Below, in pieces: positions 41,266 through 54,476 of a DNA stretch of 64,000 nt. Position numbers and translations under genes: made by a program. The first letter of the stretch is position 1, and each line of letters begins with the position of its first letter. A model generated the notes under the pieces. That model was given only the letters and a program-made list of their open reading frames with translations. It had not been told where the DNA came from and made no database searches. The DNA lies in the NCBI GenBank assembly GCA_964016885.1, contig OZ024747.1, positions 76,570,001-76,634,000 on the forward strand. Reading direction: 5' to 3'. The DNA comes from Eledone cirrhosa (taxonomy: Eukaryota).

Positions 41266-42519
41266 TTACAAACTTCTTTACATGTGAAAAATAAAAATAA
41301 ATGTTGATTTATAGAGATTTAATAGAAACATCCTACATTCATAAATATGATTATATTTGTGGCTTCGTCCTGCTTATAGGTGGTTCACGTGAATTGAGAT
41401 TGCTTCAACCTGATCTTACAATTTCAGCTGGCGAAGAAATCACATTCTCCTCTGTCACGCAAGTGAAATTAAGAAATTGATAATAGAAACGTATAATTAT
41501 TACTAGATACCTAATCTAAATTAACAATTTATTCATCTTAATTGCTTCTCAAAAGACCTTGGACATTGTATGATTTTTAACCTTTCCTAATGTTATAATT
41601 AACGTACTGTAGGTAGTTTCGGTTGTCCATTATCTAAATTCTTATTTTGATAAATTTTAAATTTTCATTTCATTCTAGAAAGAAAGGAAATCGTCATCAT
41701 ATATTAATATTAATTATTTCTTAATTTTCCGAATTCCTATCTTTGAAAGTGTTAGCTGAGTTCTGTGGCATTTGACTTTAAAAAGACCTAGAAATGTTTT
41801 AATGATATATTCATTAAGTGAAAGCCTAGAGAACTCATTCTTGTCAGAGCATAACATCATAAACCTTTATATAAAACTATGAAGATTGCATATAAGGGTT
41901 TCATGGATGATTACAAGGAAGCCGACTGTATGTTGTGCAGATATTTTATGTAAGCGATCTGAATTGCATAAATCAAACGGGGTCGGCAATAAATAATATT
42001 CAATTAAATAGCAAAAGAAGCCATTTTCGGAGTTGGAAAAAGTAAAAATTGAAAGAGCAATACCGAGAAAAATAATCGTGTATGAAAATATATATTTTCA
42101 AACACTTGCTCTCAAATGCTATATATTATCCCTCACCGTCAACTGGGGTCATATTTTCTTCATCCTGTCAGCCGGAACCACAAGGCGAACTGTCTCTTAG
42201 TTTCATTTGTGGTTGTGGTTCTCCTTGCTTGTTATTATTTGTCATACGCATTGGTTCCATAATATATCCTTCAACAACTGCTCTTTCGTGGTCAAAAGAA
42301 AAAGACCCTTCTCTTTTAAAATCCATTAATCATTTCGTTTTTAGTTTTTGTTGAGGTTTTTGTAAGCGGTGAGGTAAGTTACAGGTCAAACCTTGTAGCC
42401 ATTCTATTTGTTTATAAGTATGAAAAAGAGCCTAAAATGTAAAGACATTTTACTGTGCATTCTATAGATATACGTATACTTAACATGATTCACCGGGACA
42501 TTCAGCAGGCGGCATTTTG

Positions 42520-42710
42520 ATGGAGGTGATATGACTGGCCCTTTAAATTACAGATGCAGTCTATGTGATGGGCTTCCAAACAGTTTCTATCTACATAATT
42601 TCACTCACAAGGCGAGGAGTCAATACGAACCCATGATAAGATGCCATACAGTGTGATCAACCCCGAAACCTAATGATATCAAAGCCAACTCTTTAACCAA
42701 GCAGCCATAC
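42520..42710 (-). mobile_element. Diverged tRNA-derived SINE; related copy at about 63315-63490
   Basis: gggcttccaaacagtttctatctac...tttcactcacaagg is shared with 63355-63400. Confidence 0.5.
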
Positions 42711-43213
42711 TATGTCCACAATCACTGAGGATATTGTATCAAAAAACATCAAAAACATAATTCATAATTGTTTGTAGGTAAAACCGTTATTGAATCATAT
42801 GCAATACGTGGAAGGCGAATATATTGATATTTCATATCGATGTATTTTGATAGGATAAAAATCAATAATGTTATGAGGCGAATATATGATCGTTCTGTAT
42901 TTCTCCATAAGTATCTAGCATATACTTCATTTAGCTTCACATCAAAAACCTATATCCACAACTTGCACACCCGCACATACACGTTAATATATAGAAAGAT
43001 TCGCTCACACATAAAATTACTCACACATATACTGTATATATATGTTAATATATATGATCTAAGTTCTCATATGTGTAGTATAGTGAGTTGTATCTCCATT
43101 ACTATATGTGTATATATATCTAAGTATGTGTGTGTATGCGTATATACAACACACGCACTGGCCCTCACAACCACACACATATATATACGTATATATATAC
43201 ATTTATATATACG

Positions 43214-43246
<33 letters not shown>

Positions 43247-43388
43247 ATCCTTAAATTGATATTTATGCGTACCTATGGGAGTTTATCGACTTATAATTAC
43301 ATATATATATAGCTCTACAAAATTATGGATATATGTGTGCATATATACATAGATATGCACATACATACCTACATACATACATACATAT

Positions 43389-43436
<48 letters not shown>

Positions 43437-43439
<3 letters not shown>

Positions 43440-43580
43440 ACACAGAAGAGAAAAGCGAAAACAAACCAAACAGTGAGTGTGTTCTGGCAATATTACACAA
43501 ATATGACCCTCCCCAAGTATAACAATATTTGTTTCGACACACGATTTCATATCAAAAACCTCGCAAAAATAATATGTGAA
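43437..43580 (-). mobile_element. (TA)n-embedded short family X; other copies at 52841-52939 (+) and 61181-61262 (-)
   Basis: Shared atacttggggagggtcatatttg...cactcactgtttggtt...ttttcgc. Confidence 0.75.
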
Positions 43581-43594
43581 TATATATATATATA

Positions 43595-43721
43595 CGTTAT
43601 TCCGGGTTGAATCGGAGGTAACCACAGTAAGTAAGGTACTCAATACATAGCAGAGTATAAAAGTTTTAATATAGATGAGATTCTACAGGACTAGAACTGT
43701 TTCATTCATTAGAAATCATCA

Positions 43722-43768
<47 letters not shown>

Positions 43769-43867
43769 TGAGATTCTACAGGACTAGAACTGTTTCATTC
43801 ATTAGAAATCATCAGGATTCCTGATGATTTCTAATGAATGAAACAGTTCTAGTCCTGTAGAATCTCA

Positions 43868-43870
<3 letters not shown>
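43595..43870. mobile_element. PLE-like remnants: HHR plus 3' tail (43595-43724, minus strand) and a perfect 105-bp palindrome (43766-43870)
   Basis: Three copies of the same 50-nt unit separated by (TA)n; 52-bp arms centred on 43818. Confidence 0.8.
43816..43864 (+). ncRNA. Type I hammerhead ribozyme
   Basis: GATTC-CTGATGA-t TTC taat GAA t-GAAA-CAG ttctagtc CTG-TA-GAATC: 5-bp stem I, 4-bp stem III, GUA triplet. Confidence 0.8.
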
Positions 43871-43929
<59 letters not shown>

Positions 43930-44882
43930 TATATAAACATATTTACGCGTATAAATATATATAAATAAATAGCAACATGAGTGTTTGTATGTGTGTGTAT
44001 GTTTGTGTGTGCCATGTATGTGTATATGTGTGTATGTTTGTGTGTGCCATGTATGTGTGTCTGTATGTTTGTGTGTGCCATGTGTGTGTGTGTGTATGTT
44101 TGTGTGTGCCATGTATGTGTGTGAACTTAAATACTGTTATGACTTATGACAGTTACCACATTTAGCTGATGATGTATCGTAGAACATCAATATTCTTCAC
44201 AGTTTGAAAAAAACAACTGTTAATTTTATATTTTATATTTTTCACATTTATATTTTTATATTTTTCACATTTATATTTTTATATTTTTTAGATTTATATT
44301 TTGTATTTCAAATTAAATTTTATATATTTCATATTTTAAATTGAATTTTATATTTTATATATTTATAATTCATAATTTTTTATTTCTCATATATATATTT
44401 CATATTTTCATATTTTTTATTTATATATATACTTCATATTTTGATTTTTTTTTTTTGTATTTATATTCTTCATATTTTGATTTTTAATTTTATTTTTATT
44501 TTTCATATTTTTATTTATATTTTTATTTATATTTTTATTTATATTTTTATTTATATTTTTTATATTTTATATTTATTATTTTCATTTTTCCTATTTTTAT
44601 TTTTATGTATTTATATTTTTCATATTTATATTTTATATTTTAATGGTTTATTTTTCTTATTCTTATATATATTTTTTTTTTCGGAGATTTTATTACATAA
44701 AGAAAAATAAATATAAACGAGTTTTCTCTCCACGTTTCATATTTGTTAGATTTCTCTGCCTTGAGAATCCCAGCAGAAAATAATTACAGACTCCCATGAA
44801 AGAAATTTTGTAGATTGTCTTGAAAGACGAATCACTACTTTAATCTAATTTTTTATACTTTGTTATTCGTTCCTTATTTTGC

Positions 44883-45034
<152 letters not shown>

Positions 45035-45083
45035 GAGAGAGAGATATGTAATGTATATATATATTTATATATATATATATATA

Positions 45084-45193
<110 letters not shown>

Positions 45194-45391
45194 TCCTTCA
45201 TCTCTCATATTCTCACTCACACTCATACATAAATACACACACATACATTCACGCTCAGATATGCAAGTATAAACAATCTAAATATTACTCTCTATTTTAC
45301 ATTCCACCTCACCTTAACAGAGTTTTTATATAATTCCATATTTTATCACACAGAAAACATAATATTTTAGGTTAGTGGCGCTTGCTTTCAC

Positions 45392-45432
<41 letters not shown>

Positions 45433-46029
45433 TATATATATATATGTATGTATGTATATATATGAATGTATGTATGTATATATGTGTATGTAAATATTAT
45501 GTCTATATATTATATTATTGTATATATAAATATATAACATCATGTTATTGTTTATACCTTACATCACTGTAAACATTACTATATATATATATATATTATG
45601 TATATATGTATATATTATGTATCACATTATGTTATTGTTGTTTTGATTATTTACTTGCAGAGAATAGTGTTCCTAGCAGATGTTGATAAGTTTCATTTTA
45701 ACCTTTGAAAATATATTGATTTCTTAACAGCAAACAATGACATAACTGTGGATGTTAGAAAATATAGATTGTGTGACATGTATGCCCTTTGTAGAAAAAA
45801 CTTGGAGAATTTGTTTTGAATGTGATTTGAATAGCCACCCGTCGTTAAATATTCCTTAAATAACGGTTCAACTTTTAAGTTGTTGCTAGAAAGAGCAACT
45901 AATTTCATGAACCGATCAAAATATATGACTAATGTTGCTATTATTTCACTAAAATAAAGCACCAGTAATGTATTGGGTAATTGCTGGTCTTGTGCTAAAA
46001 GTAGAAACAATTATTTCACTATGTTAGAC

Positions 46030-46245
46030 CGGGGGGTTAGCAGAATCGGTAGAGCATCGGACAGCATGTTTTGCGGCATAGAATAACGGCCCTTTTCGTT
46101 CTGATTTCAAATCCCGACTAAGCTAGATTTGCATTTCATCCTTTCAGGGTCGATAAAATAGAGTACCAGTAATACACTAGGTTCGATTTTATAGACTTTC
46201 CCCTCCCTCAAAGTTGTTGGACTTCTCCCTACATCATAAACCGTT
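46030..46245 (+). mobile_element. SINE family A, diverged
   Basis: ttagcagaatcggtagagc...ttcaaatcccgac...gggtcgataaaatagagtaccagt. Confidence 0.7.
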
Positions 46246-48242
46246 CCCTACCCTTTAAACAACAACTCCACGTTGAAGTTGCTAGAAATAGCAGCCCATT
46301 TCATGAACTGATGAAAATATATAAGTAGTGGTGTTATTATTCCCAAAGGGCAGTGGATTGACAGAGTCAGTAGAGCGTCGGGCAAATACTTCGCCGTATT
46401 TGTTCCGGTTTTTCTCGTTCTGAATTCGAATATTGGAGGCATTTGGACTAATGGTAAAGGTGTTGGACTTACGATCATAATGTCGTTGCTTTAATTCTTG
46501 GACTGGGTTATGTGTTGTGTTCTTTAACAAAACATTTCATTTCGCTTTCTTAAATGTTGATTATAAAATGTTGTTTTGACTGTTTCCGTTGTTGGACCTC
46601 TGTTGTCTCCCATGACGACTGCTGCTGTTGATTCAATTAGAAGAATTGCCTGCTCATGAAATTAACGTGTACATGACTGAACATTTCACAGACACGTGCA
46701 CTCTTAACATTAGTTTTCAGGGGATTCAAAGTGGCATAATATGTGAAAAAGCCGACATCTTGAATTACAGGTACGACTCATGTGTACCTGTTGAGTGAAC
46801 TGGAATCGAACGTACTGTGTTCTGAAACTACACTCATTCCAATACTAAAAAGTATTTTATTTATTTATACTAGATATTCGATTATTAATTTCTGGCGGCT
46901 GAATAAGGAAGACCATCCTCCTATTATAAATATTGACTTCTATTAGGAAACATCCAGCCAAGCGACTTGCTAATGGTTTCATAAAATATTTTTTTAAAAT
47001 ATAATTTTCTTTTGATTAATTGAAATAGAATTAAGTCGATTCCTTTGATCCTAATGTACAGAGTTTTTCCTTGCTTTTTTTTGTTAATAGTTTGGTCTAG
47101 AGAAAGGGGCTGTGGTCATGGTTTTCACAGAGCCTCGTAAACAGGTGAGATCAATAGGGTTTTTCTTTTTTTTATGTTGTTGTTGTTTTTGCTGTTGATG
47201 CTGCTGTTGTTTAGCACCAAGCCAGAATCGATTAAACGCACCTATTATTCAAAGTGATCTACCGGTTACCATACTGACTATAGTTTTTCAAACATATTGT
47301 TTTATGTTTTTCTAGAGGGTAGGCTATGAACTGAAGGAGATTTGGTTACTATATCGTCCAAATAACTTTGTATGAGTAACACTATAAAAATATTCAAATA
47401 ACACGTCTTTCACTGTTAGTACGGCTCTAAACATATATATAACATAATCTTAATAATTTATTATATAACTATCTGGCTCAACTCCGGCACAGTTGGCTCA
47501 TCAGATATTTACGAAAACTCCTTCAGATCTGCTTGGCTTTCGGGAACTTGTCTGACGTTTAAATACGTTACTTTATGATCTCAAACATCAAAACAATCGA
47601 CTGAATCAAGTAAATAAACAGTAGATAAGAGATAAGAAATGAAGGTAAAAGTAAAATATAAAGTTACTGTTTGTAAATAAATTGTAAAGATAAAGTATAA
47701 AATATATAAAATTAAATATAAGAAATTAAAACGAAGTTAGAAACACAAATAAGATAATTACTGTACTTCAGGGGTAATTAAAAACCGATTCAATTCTGTA
47801 TACGGCAAATTCTAGACCACATGGCTGGTTCATATTTAGAGAGATGACAATGAATATCAGTCAAATGAGAGGAACATATAGGAATGACCCCGGGGGTGTT
47901 GATAAATGTTTTGATTGCTACACTGGCCTCTGCTAAGTTTTCCTAAATAATTGCCACTAATCAGGGTCAGGCACAGATAAAGTACGATGTTCTTTTTTTG
48001 AGAGAAAAAGAAAAACAAGGAAGAAAGAATCAAAAGAAATATGAAAGGGAGAGACAACATAGTGTTTACAATAATAACAATTGGAATATCATACACATGT
48101 ATTGACTTTAACATGGAGGTTACTAAAACATTCAACAACAGAACCTTCTAGACGCTCTACTGCTTCCCTTGCTACACAATTTTTCTTAATCTTTTTTGTT
48201 TATTTTGCCACCAGTTGGCCAACTTTAATTTATCTTTTTTAT

Positions 48243-48505
48243 TATTTTATTTTTATTTTTATTTTTATTTTTATTTTTATTTTTATTTTTATTTTTATTT
48301 TTATTTTTATTTTTATTTTTATTTTTATTTTTATTTTTATTTTTATTTTTATTTTTATTTTTATTTTTATTTTTATTTTTATTTTTATTTTTATTTTTAT
48401 TTTTATTTTTATTTTTATTTTTATTTTTATTTTTATTTTTATTTTTATTTTTATTTTTATTTTTATTTTTATTTTTATTTTTATTTTTATTTTTATTTTT
48501 ATTTT
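48243..48505. repeat. (TTTTTA)n hexanucleotide array
   Basis: Seen directly. Confidence 0.97.
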
Positions 48506-48599
48506 CACTTATCTGTATATTCACTTATCTGTATATTTTGTTTTATATTTAATTAAATAGATGTGTGTTTTGGTAGTTTGGGGAGAAAAGCATAACTAA

Positions 48600-48745
48600 T
48601 GGGGGGAAATGGCTTAGTGGTCAAAGCATTGGGTTTGCAATCGAAAGGTTGTGAGTTCAATTCTCGGACCGGTTGATGTGTTGTTTCCTTGAGCAAGACA
48701 CTTTATTTCACGTTGCTCCAGTTTACTCAGCTGTAGAAATGAGAT
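48600..48745 (+). mobile_element. CORE-like SINE
   Basis: tggcttagtggtc (A box), gagttcaattc (B box), ccttgagcaagacactttatttcacgttgctccag...cagctgtagaaatgag. Confidence 0.8.
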
Positions 48746-49447
48746 GATAGGACTGGAGTCCCTATCATTAAATTATCCAAGACACCTCCAACGAGATATA
48801 CCTTGGAGGAGGCTAGCTGAACCTGCATAGGTGTGAACTGTCACATACACACATGACCCCCACCCCCCACCCCAACACACACACACATATACACAAACCA
48901 GTTCCACCGCCCGTGTAAGTATATGTGTTACATGGTGTAGAGATAACATACTCTACATTAAAGAAGATATTAAGTACTCTTTACAGGCTTACACACTTAC
49001 ATATATTCACATACACATATATGAACATACGTGTACATACACGTGCAAACTGCCGTATTTGCCCACACGTGCAGTTACAAGATTATGTTAGAATTATATA
49101 TTACTAATTAATTTATTCGATATAATTACATAAATACCCAATAGGTATGTACAAATGTATGAGGAACTTTCTAGAAATAACTATTTCTATTTACAGGAAG
49201 AAATGTGGGGTTCGAACCCAGGACGTTGTCAATGGAGATTGTATTCCTGAGGTAGCAATACCGGATGTTTGTCGTTTCCTAGACTATTCTTTATATATAC
49301 ATTCGATTGGAAAGGTTGGAATACCATCTACACATACATATATATCGATGTAAGTACACGTATATACGAACACACCCACACACACATATATATACATATA
49401 TATGTATATATATATATATATATGTACATATACATATATATATATAT

Positions 49448-49537
<90 letters not shown>

Positions 49538-49775
49538 AGGAGGTTATAGTTCACTAGAAGCATTGTGTAATGAGGTATAAACGTTTGAATATGTATAATA
49601 AAGCCAAAACAATGCAGGTATGGACATAGAAAAAAGAATGCAATTACAAAAGATATTGTTGACAATTCGTCCTTTACCTTAGATTTATTTAAATGTCCTT
49701 AATTTTCGAGATAATATCTCTTCTTCGGAGGGAAATAAAGGTCTCAAACCAGCGTTCTAAATATCTTGCCAAGCC

Positions 49776-50252
49776 AAGCTCCCACACTTCAGTGTAGAAA
49801 CAACAACAGCCATCCGCAGAGCCATCAGACGAGAGGGACTAGATATCCAACTGGCCCACTCAGGTCCTTCTCTACGCGGACAGCTAACCAAAAGACACTC
49901 CACCAGACATGACAACTGCTGCAGACTAGCCAACTGCCCCATCAACGACACAGACCTATGCCACCAGGCTTACGTCGTATACAGACTAGAGTGTGACAAA
50001 TGCAACAGCTTCTACGTAGGTAGCACCACCAGACCACTCCACATAAGAATAAAAGAAAACCTCAATACTAACGCTTCCTCATTTAAGAAACACCTAGTTA
50101 AATGCAAAAACACCGACAAAACCATAACAGTTAGGATCGAAACTAAGGAAAGAAACCTCGGCAATCTTAGAATTAAGGAAGCACTAATTATAGATAAAAC
50201 ACAACCACCAATCAATAATAGACTAAAACTCAACACCCAATTTATAACCTGA
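49776..50252 (+). pseudogene. PLE C-terminal linker and GIY-YIG endonuclease, 158 open codons without a start
   Basis: KLPHFS...CRLANCPINDTDLC...VVYRLECDKCNSFYVGSTTRPLHIRIKE...KH...LRIKEALII...PPINNR. Confidence 0.9.
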
Positions 50253-50622
50253 TAGTGCTTCTAGCCCCATATTTACACACCCCACGCACACACACGCTCA
50301 CACCTCCACTTATTCTCTCTCACACATTCACACACAAAACCAGTTCTAACACCAGATAACACCTATCCCCCACATTTACGAATAGACTTAACTTCTCACA
50401 CTCACACACACTCACATACTTACACCTTCATGCATTCTCCCACACACTTAAACAGGCATGTATATAAAAAAAAACCTAAACAAACCCCTTTTAAAGGGAG
50501 ACTACTCTTTATCCACCTAATTTTAACTCTTTGACATTAGAGATAGAACAGATACTCGATACTATTTCCTGTCAGCATGGCTTGGCAAGATATTTAGAAC
50601 GCTGGTTTGAGACCTTTATTTC

Positions 50623-50657
50623 CCTCTGAAGAAGAGATATTATCTCGAAAATTAAGG
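50623..50657 (+). ncRNA. Minimal hammerhead ribozyme in PLE terminal repeat
   Basis: CCT-CTGAAGA-a-GAGAT att ATCTC-GAAA-AT-TA-AGG; palindromic AATT stem III; the inverted copy near 49700-49735 carries CCGAAGA. Confidence 0.6.
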
Positions 50658-50799
50658 ACATTTAAATAAATCTAAGGTAAAGGACGAATTGTCAACAATA
50701 TCTTTTGCAATTGCATTCTTTTTTCTATGTCCATACCTGCATTGTTTTGGCTTTATTATACATATTCAAATGTATATATATATATATATATATATATAT

Positions 50800-50884
50800 G
50801 GTCAGGTCACCAGTTGCTGCTACTGGTAACATGTATGCCAGTACAACCTGTCTCATGGTCGGGTCGTTGGCGACTAAACTGGCA
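50800..50884 (+). ncRNA. Candidate HDV-like ribozyme at element 5' end
   Basis: TGCCAGT/ACTGGCA helix, CTAA junction, GTCG-ttgg-CGAC hairpin, CC/GG pair; P1 and P3 imperfect. Confidence 0.4.
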
Positions 50885-51404
50885 ACCCCGCCAAGGTTTC
50901 TTGGTGAGGAGGGTGACTTTGGACATCCTGCAGGACTAAAAACAAAACTTGTCAAAGGGCAAAGGAGCTCTTAAGAGTCAATGGCCATCCAAAATCACCG
51001 GGAGAGATGACCCCTTAGCCTTTGTCAAGGCAGAATTCTAGGAGGAGGAAAACTCTGATATAACACCTGCAACTCTGATGGTATCCAATGATGTTGACCT
51101 GTTCTTCTTTTTGGTAAATATCATCTTGGTTAAGAGAGTGGGACTGGCTTTGTGCAGTGCCTTTGCTCACTATAAAAGCTTCACGGCACAGGCATTGCTT
51201 TATATCTGGAGATCTCTCTGCACTTGTCGTCACATGGTTCCATGGGCCCAGCACTATCTGTCAATAATTGTCACAAGTGTAGTGCTTGTACCAGAGTTTT
51301 CAAGTCGCTGGCTGGACTAAAATGTCACTCGTTCAGCGCATCGGTAGGAGTTCTCCTACATGGATATAAAGTAGTGGCCGTACTCGAAAACGAGTTGGCA
51401 GCCA

Positions 51405-51406
<2 letters not shown>
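50800..51406 (+). mobile_element. Non-autonomous bipartite RTE derivative, full-length copy c (about 607 bp)
   Basis: RTE-type 5' UTR motif ctaggaggaggaaaactctgat, then C2H2-like terminus HKCSACTRVFKSLAGLK and a short 3' UTR; (TA)n on both sides. Confidence 0.8.
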
Positions 51407-51464
<58 letters not shown>

Positions 51465-51738
51465 TGCTATTAGTAAATAAATATATATATATTTATATAT
51501 TTATATATATATTTGTTTATTTTTTTATTTATACTCCTATCTGTAACACATATCTGCCCCCCCCCCCCCCATCACATTTGATGATCGCCATGTTCTCTAA
51601 TAAACCAGAAACTCTATGAACACAACCATAAGGATATGATCCGAACGTGGAAGAACCGAACTCCTACTGTCATCGCCCCCATCTCTCTCGCCCTCCCTCC
51701 CATCTCACTGTATGGTGAGAAAATAGGGTCCCACGTGC

Positions 51739-51874
51739 TGGCCTCCCCACAGCCCCGGCGGACAGATGAAGATGGTGTTTCCCCGGAGAATGGTAAGGGA
51801 GGTGCGCTGGAAGAGCTATACCAACTCGCGAGGCTCACACCTGCGGTTGGCCGGCTCAGCGCCTATAGTGGTGA
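51739..51874 (+). repeat. Unclassified GC-rich module, copy 2
   Basis: Homologous to 13921-14057. Confidence 0.75.
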
Positions 51875-52753
51875 GTAGGGAGGTAGCCCTAGGGCCAAGG
51901 GCACGACCGAAAACCTGTCGGAGAGCGACAAGTCTGAACAAGTTTTTAATTTAAGAGATAAAAAATTTTATCTGAAAAAATGACATCCCGGGCGAAAACT
52001 TCCTGCTTTCACGGTCGATGAGGGTTGCCTTCCAGTTGTCCGCCTGAAGTAAAATTTTGCATAGATTGTTTTCTTGTTAATTGGAACAACAGGTGCTAAA
52101 CTTTTAGAAAGTTGAAAAATAAGGGCCACCCTAATACATATGTGTGTGCATTTTTGTTGGAACTGCCTATTTGTGAAATTCACGTACAAAGAGGGTGAGA
52201 ATTGAAACAGATACAAGTAAGGTTTGTTGTAAGGTTTGTAAACAAGTTAAAACAGGGGAGGTTAACTGGGCCCATATTTTATACCGTCTAATTGACAATA
52301 TTATATTTAGGGTTGAAAGTGGATTAACGTTGAACTATTGATCCTTTACCTTATCGAGATCTCGTACATGAATCTCAAACCAAGAAGATCAAAGAAAGCC
52401 AGTGGTTACAAGAACATTTATTTGGCAGTTGAAATGTAAAACGAATTTATTTCTATTTGCTCCGATCTCATTTTAAAGTGGATACTCTCTGAAAGATCCA
52501 AGACGTAATTCCATTCAAAAATAGCTGGTGCAACAGATAATGATCCACGTATGGAACAGATTATTGTCCTATGTTAACTTTAAAGGTTTAGATTCAAGAC
52601 ACTTGTCTGTCTTTTAAAAATTGATGCGAGGAAATAGGTTCCGAGACGGCAAACCTGATGCAGAAGGAATTATCTATGAAGATTGCTGGAGACAAAGATA
52701 TGACAATGATAGGTAGTAATATGGCACACAAGTAGAAGTGAGTACAAAGGACA

Positions 52754-52846
<93 letters not shown>

Positions 52847-53050
52847 ATACTTGGGGAGGGTCATATTTGCGTAATATTGCCAGAATTAATAACAGAACAC
52901 ACTCACTGTTTGGTTGGTTTTCGCTTCTCGCTGTCTTTTATATATATATATCTGCGATCTAACTTACTCGGTTCTCAATGTTGCCATTGACTGACCGGCG
53001 GTCAAAAATAATACAGATACAATATAGACAAACACATATATATATAGTTT

Positions 53051-53091
53051 ACATAAATCTTTCGTTGCACATCTGCAACATCGTCAGTGGT
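53051..53091 (-). ncRNA. Type I hammerhead ribozyme in PLE-like remnant 52951-53115
   Basis: acca-CTGACGA-t-GTTGCA gatg TGCAAC-GAAA-GATT-TA-tgt: 6-bp stem II, near-palindromic AGATTT stem III, weak stem I. Confidence 0.65.
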
Positions 53092-53111
53092 GTTATATTC
53101 ATTGTTCCTCC

Positions 53112-53229
<118 letters not shown>

Positions 53230-53260
53230 TGTAAAGAAGTGACATATATATATATATATA

Positions 53261-53432
53261 TATTTATTTATTTGCGTTCCAGCCGAGGGGGTGAGGCCAT
53301 GTTGGGGCACTGTCACCGAAGCTACACTTTCTTTAGCCAGCCTTCCCTGGTTGGCCATTGATGTAAAAGGGAGTTTGTTGCTGCTGCTCTCATTTGTGTT
53401 TCGCCTCGTGCTGTGGGTTCATCCGAGATCTT

Positions 53433-53433
<1 letters not shown>
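53261..53433 (-). mobile_element. CR1-type LINE 3' end
   Basis: KISDEPTARGETQMRAAATNSLLHQ resembles invertebrate CR1 ORF2 C-termini (PDEP...RAAxxNSL); 3' UTR followed by (AAAT)n. Confidence 0.65.
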
Positions 53434-53505
<72 letters not shown>

Positions 53506-53616
53506 GTAGAAATAAACACACTAAATTGTGTGTTTAAATTTACGAGGGTTGAAAGACCACGTTCGTTTGACAGATTTAAACTGAAACAAACGGAAAATAC
53601 ACACACACACACACAC

Positions 53617-53726
<110 letters not shown>

Positions 53727-53862
53727 TATATTTATTAAAATAACCTGTTATTAAAATAATCTGTTATTTTTATAAATATTTGCTCTACGGTTCTTATATA
53801 TTTGATATATATTTATCCTTATCGAGCCCTCTTTGGATTTTAGTCTTCAAATTTATTATTAT

Positions 53863-53910
<48 letters not shown>

Positions 53911-53912
<2 letters not shown>

Positions 53913-54459
53913 TAAAACATGTCTATAGAATCACCAGATAAAATATATACCGTTTCCTCTCCCAATTAGCATAATTAACCATATAAAAAATCAATTAGAC
54001 CAAGCTATAAGAATAAAGGCTCCTATGAAGAAATCTCCGACAAATAACCGAAAGCTGCCCCTTCGCGGCGGTTGCGACGGAGTATTTATCGAGTATTTCG
54101 ACAGCGTGTATAAATCGACCAGATATACAGTCAACTAAACAGAATAAGGTGTAAAATAAACTAGAAGAAAAGTGTACATATTTAATTACCTCTACCATGG
54201 TTTCATCCGCATTTTAAGACATCCGATAACATTGGATATCTAGAGCTTCGGATTCTTCAGGGAGTTTGCTCAAATTTAGACAATTAATTTTCCAAAGTGA
54301 TCGCGCCAAGAATACATTAAAAAATGGCTAAGAATAGTGACGTGGCAGCGGTCAAGTTAGAAAGGATGTGATTAGTTGCTTACGGCTGGTAGGCTTTTTG
54401 CTAGAAAGCGCAGCCCAATACAGCCAAAATTGTATCTCAACCTAACGGGAGATTATTAC
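53911..54459 (-). mobile_element. PLE-like HHR-bearing element, copy 1
   Basis: Flanked by (TA)n; 53911-54191 is inverted-homologous to 54636-54918. Confidence 0.8.
54188..54265 (-). ncRNA. Type I hammerhead ribozyme with extended stem II
   Basis: actcc-CTGAAGA-ATCCG...(agatatcc/ggatgtct hairpin)...CGGAT-GAAA-CCATGG-TA-gaggt; palindromic ACCATGGT stem III, GUA triplet. Confidence 0.8.
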
Positions 54460-54476
54460 ATATATATATATATATA

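Larger units (their letters stand above)
49581..50772 (+). mobile_element. Penelope-like retroelement, 5'-truncated, with inverted copy of its 3' end
   Basis: Inverted arms of about 195 bp at 49581-49776 and 50578-50772 enclose a GIY-YIG frame and 3' UTR; ends in (TA)n. Confidence 0.9.

Noticed and set aside
47470-47510. CTGATGA followed by a hairpin on the minus strand
   Set aside because: No GAAA or stem III follows
51739-51760. WPPHSP resembling the Tc1/mariner WPPxSPDLNP motif
   Set aside because: DLNP is absent in both copies and the flanks are not transposase-like
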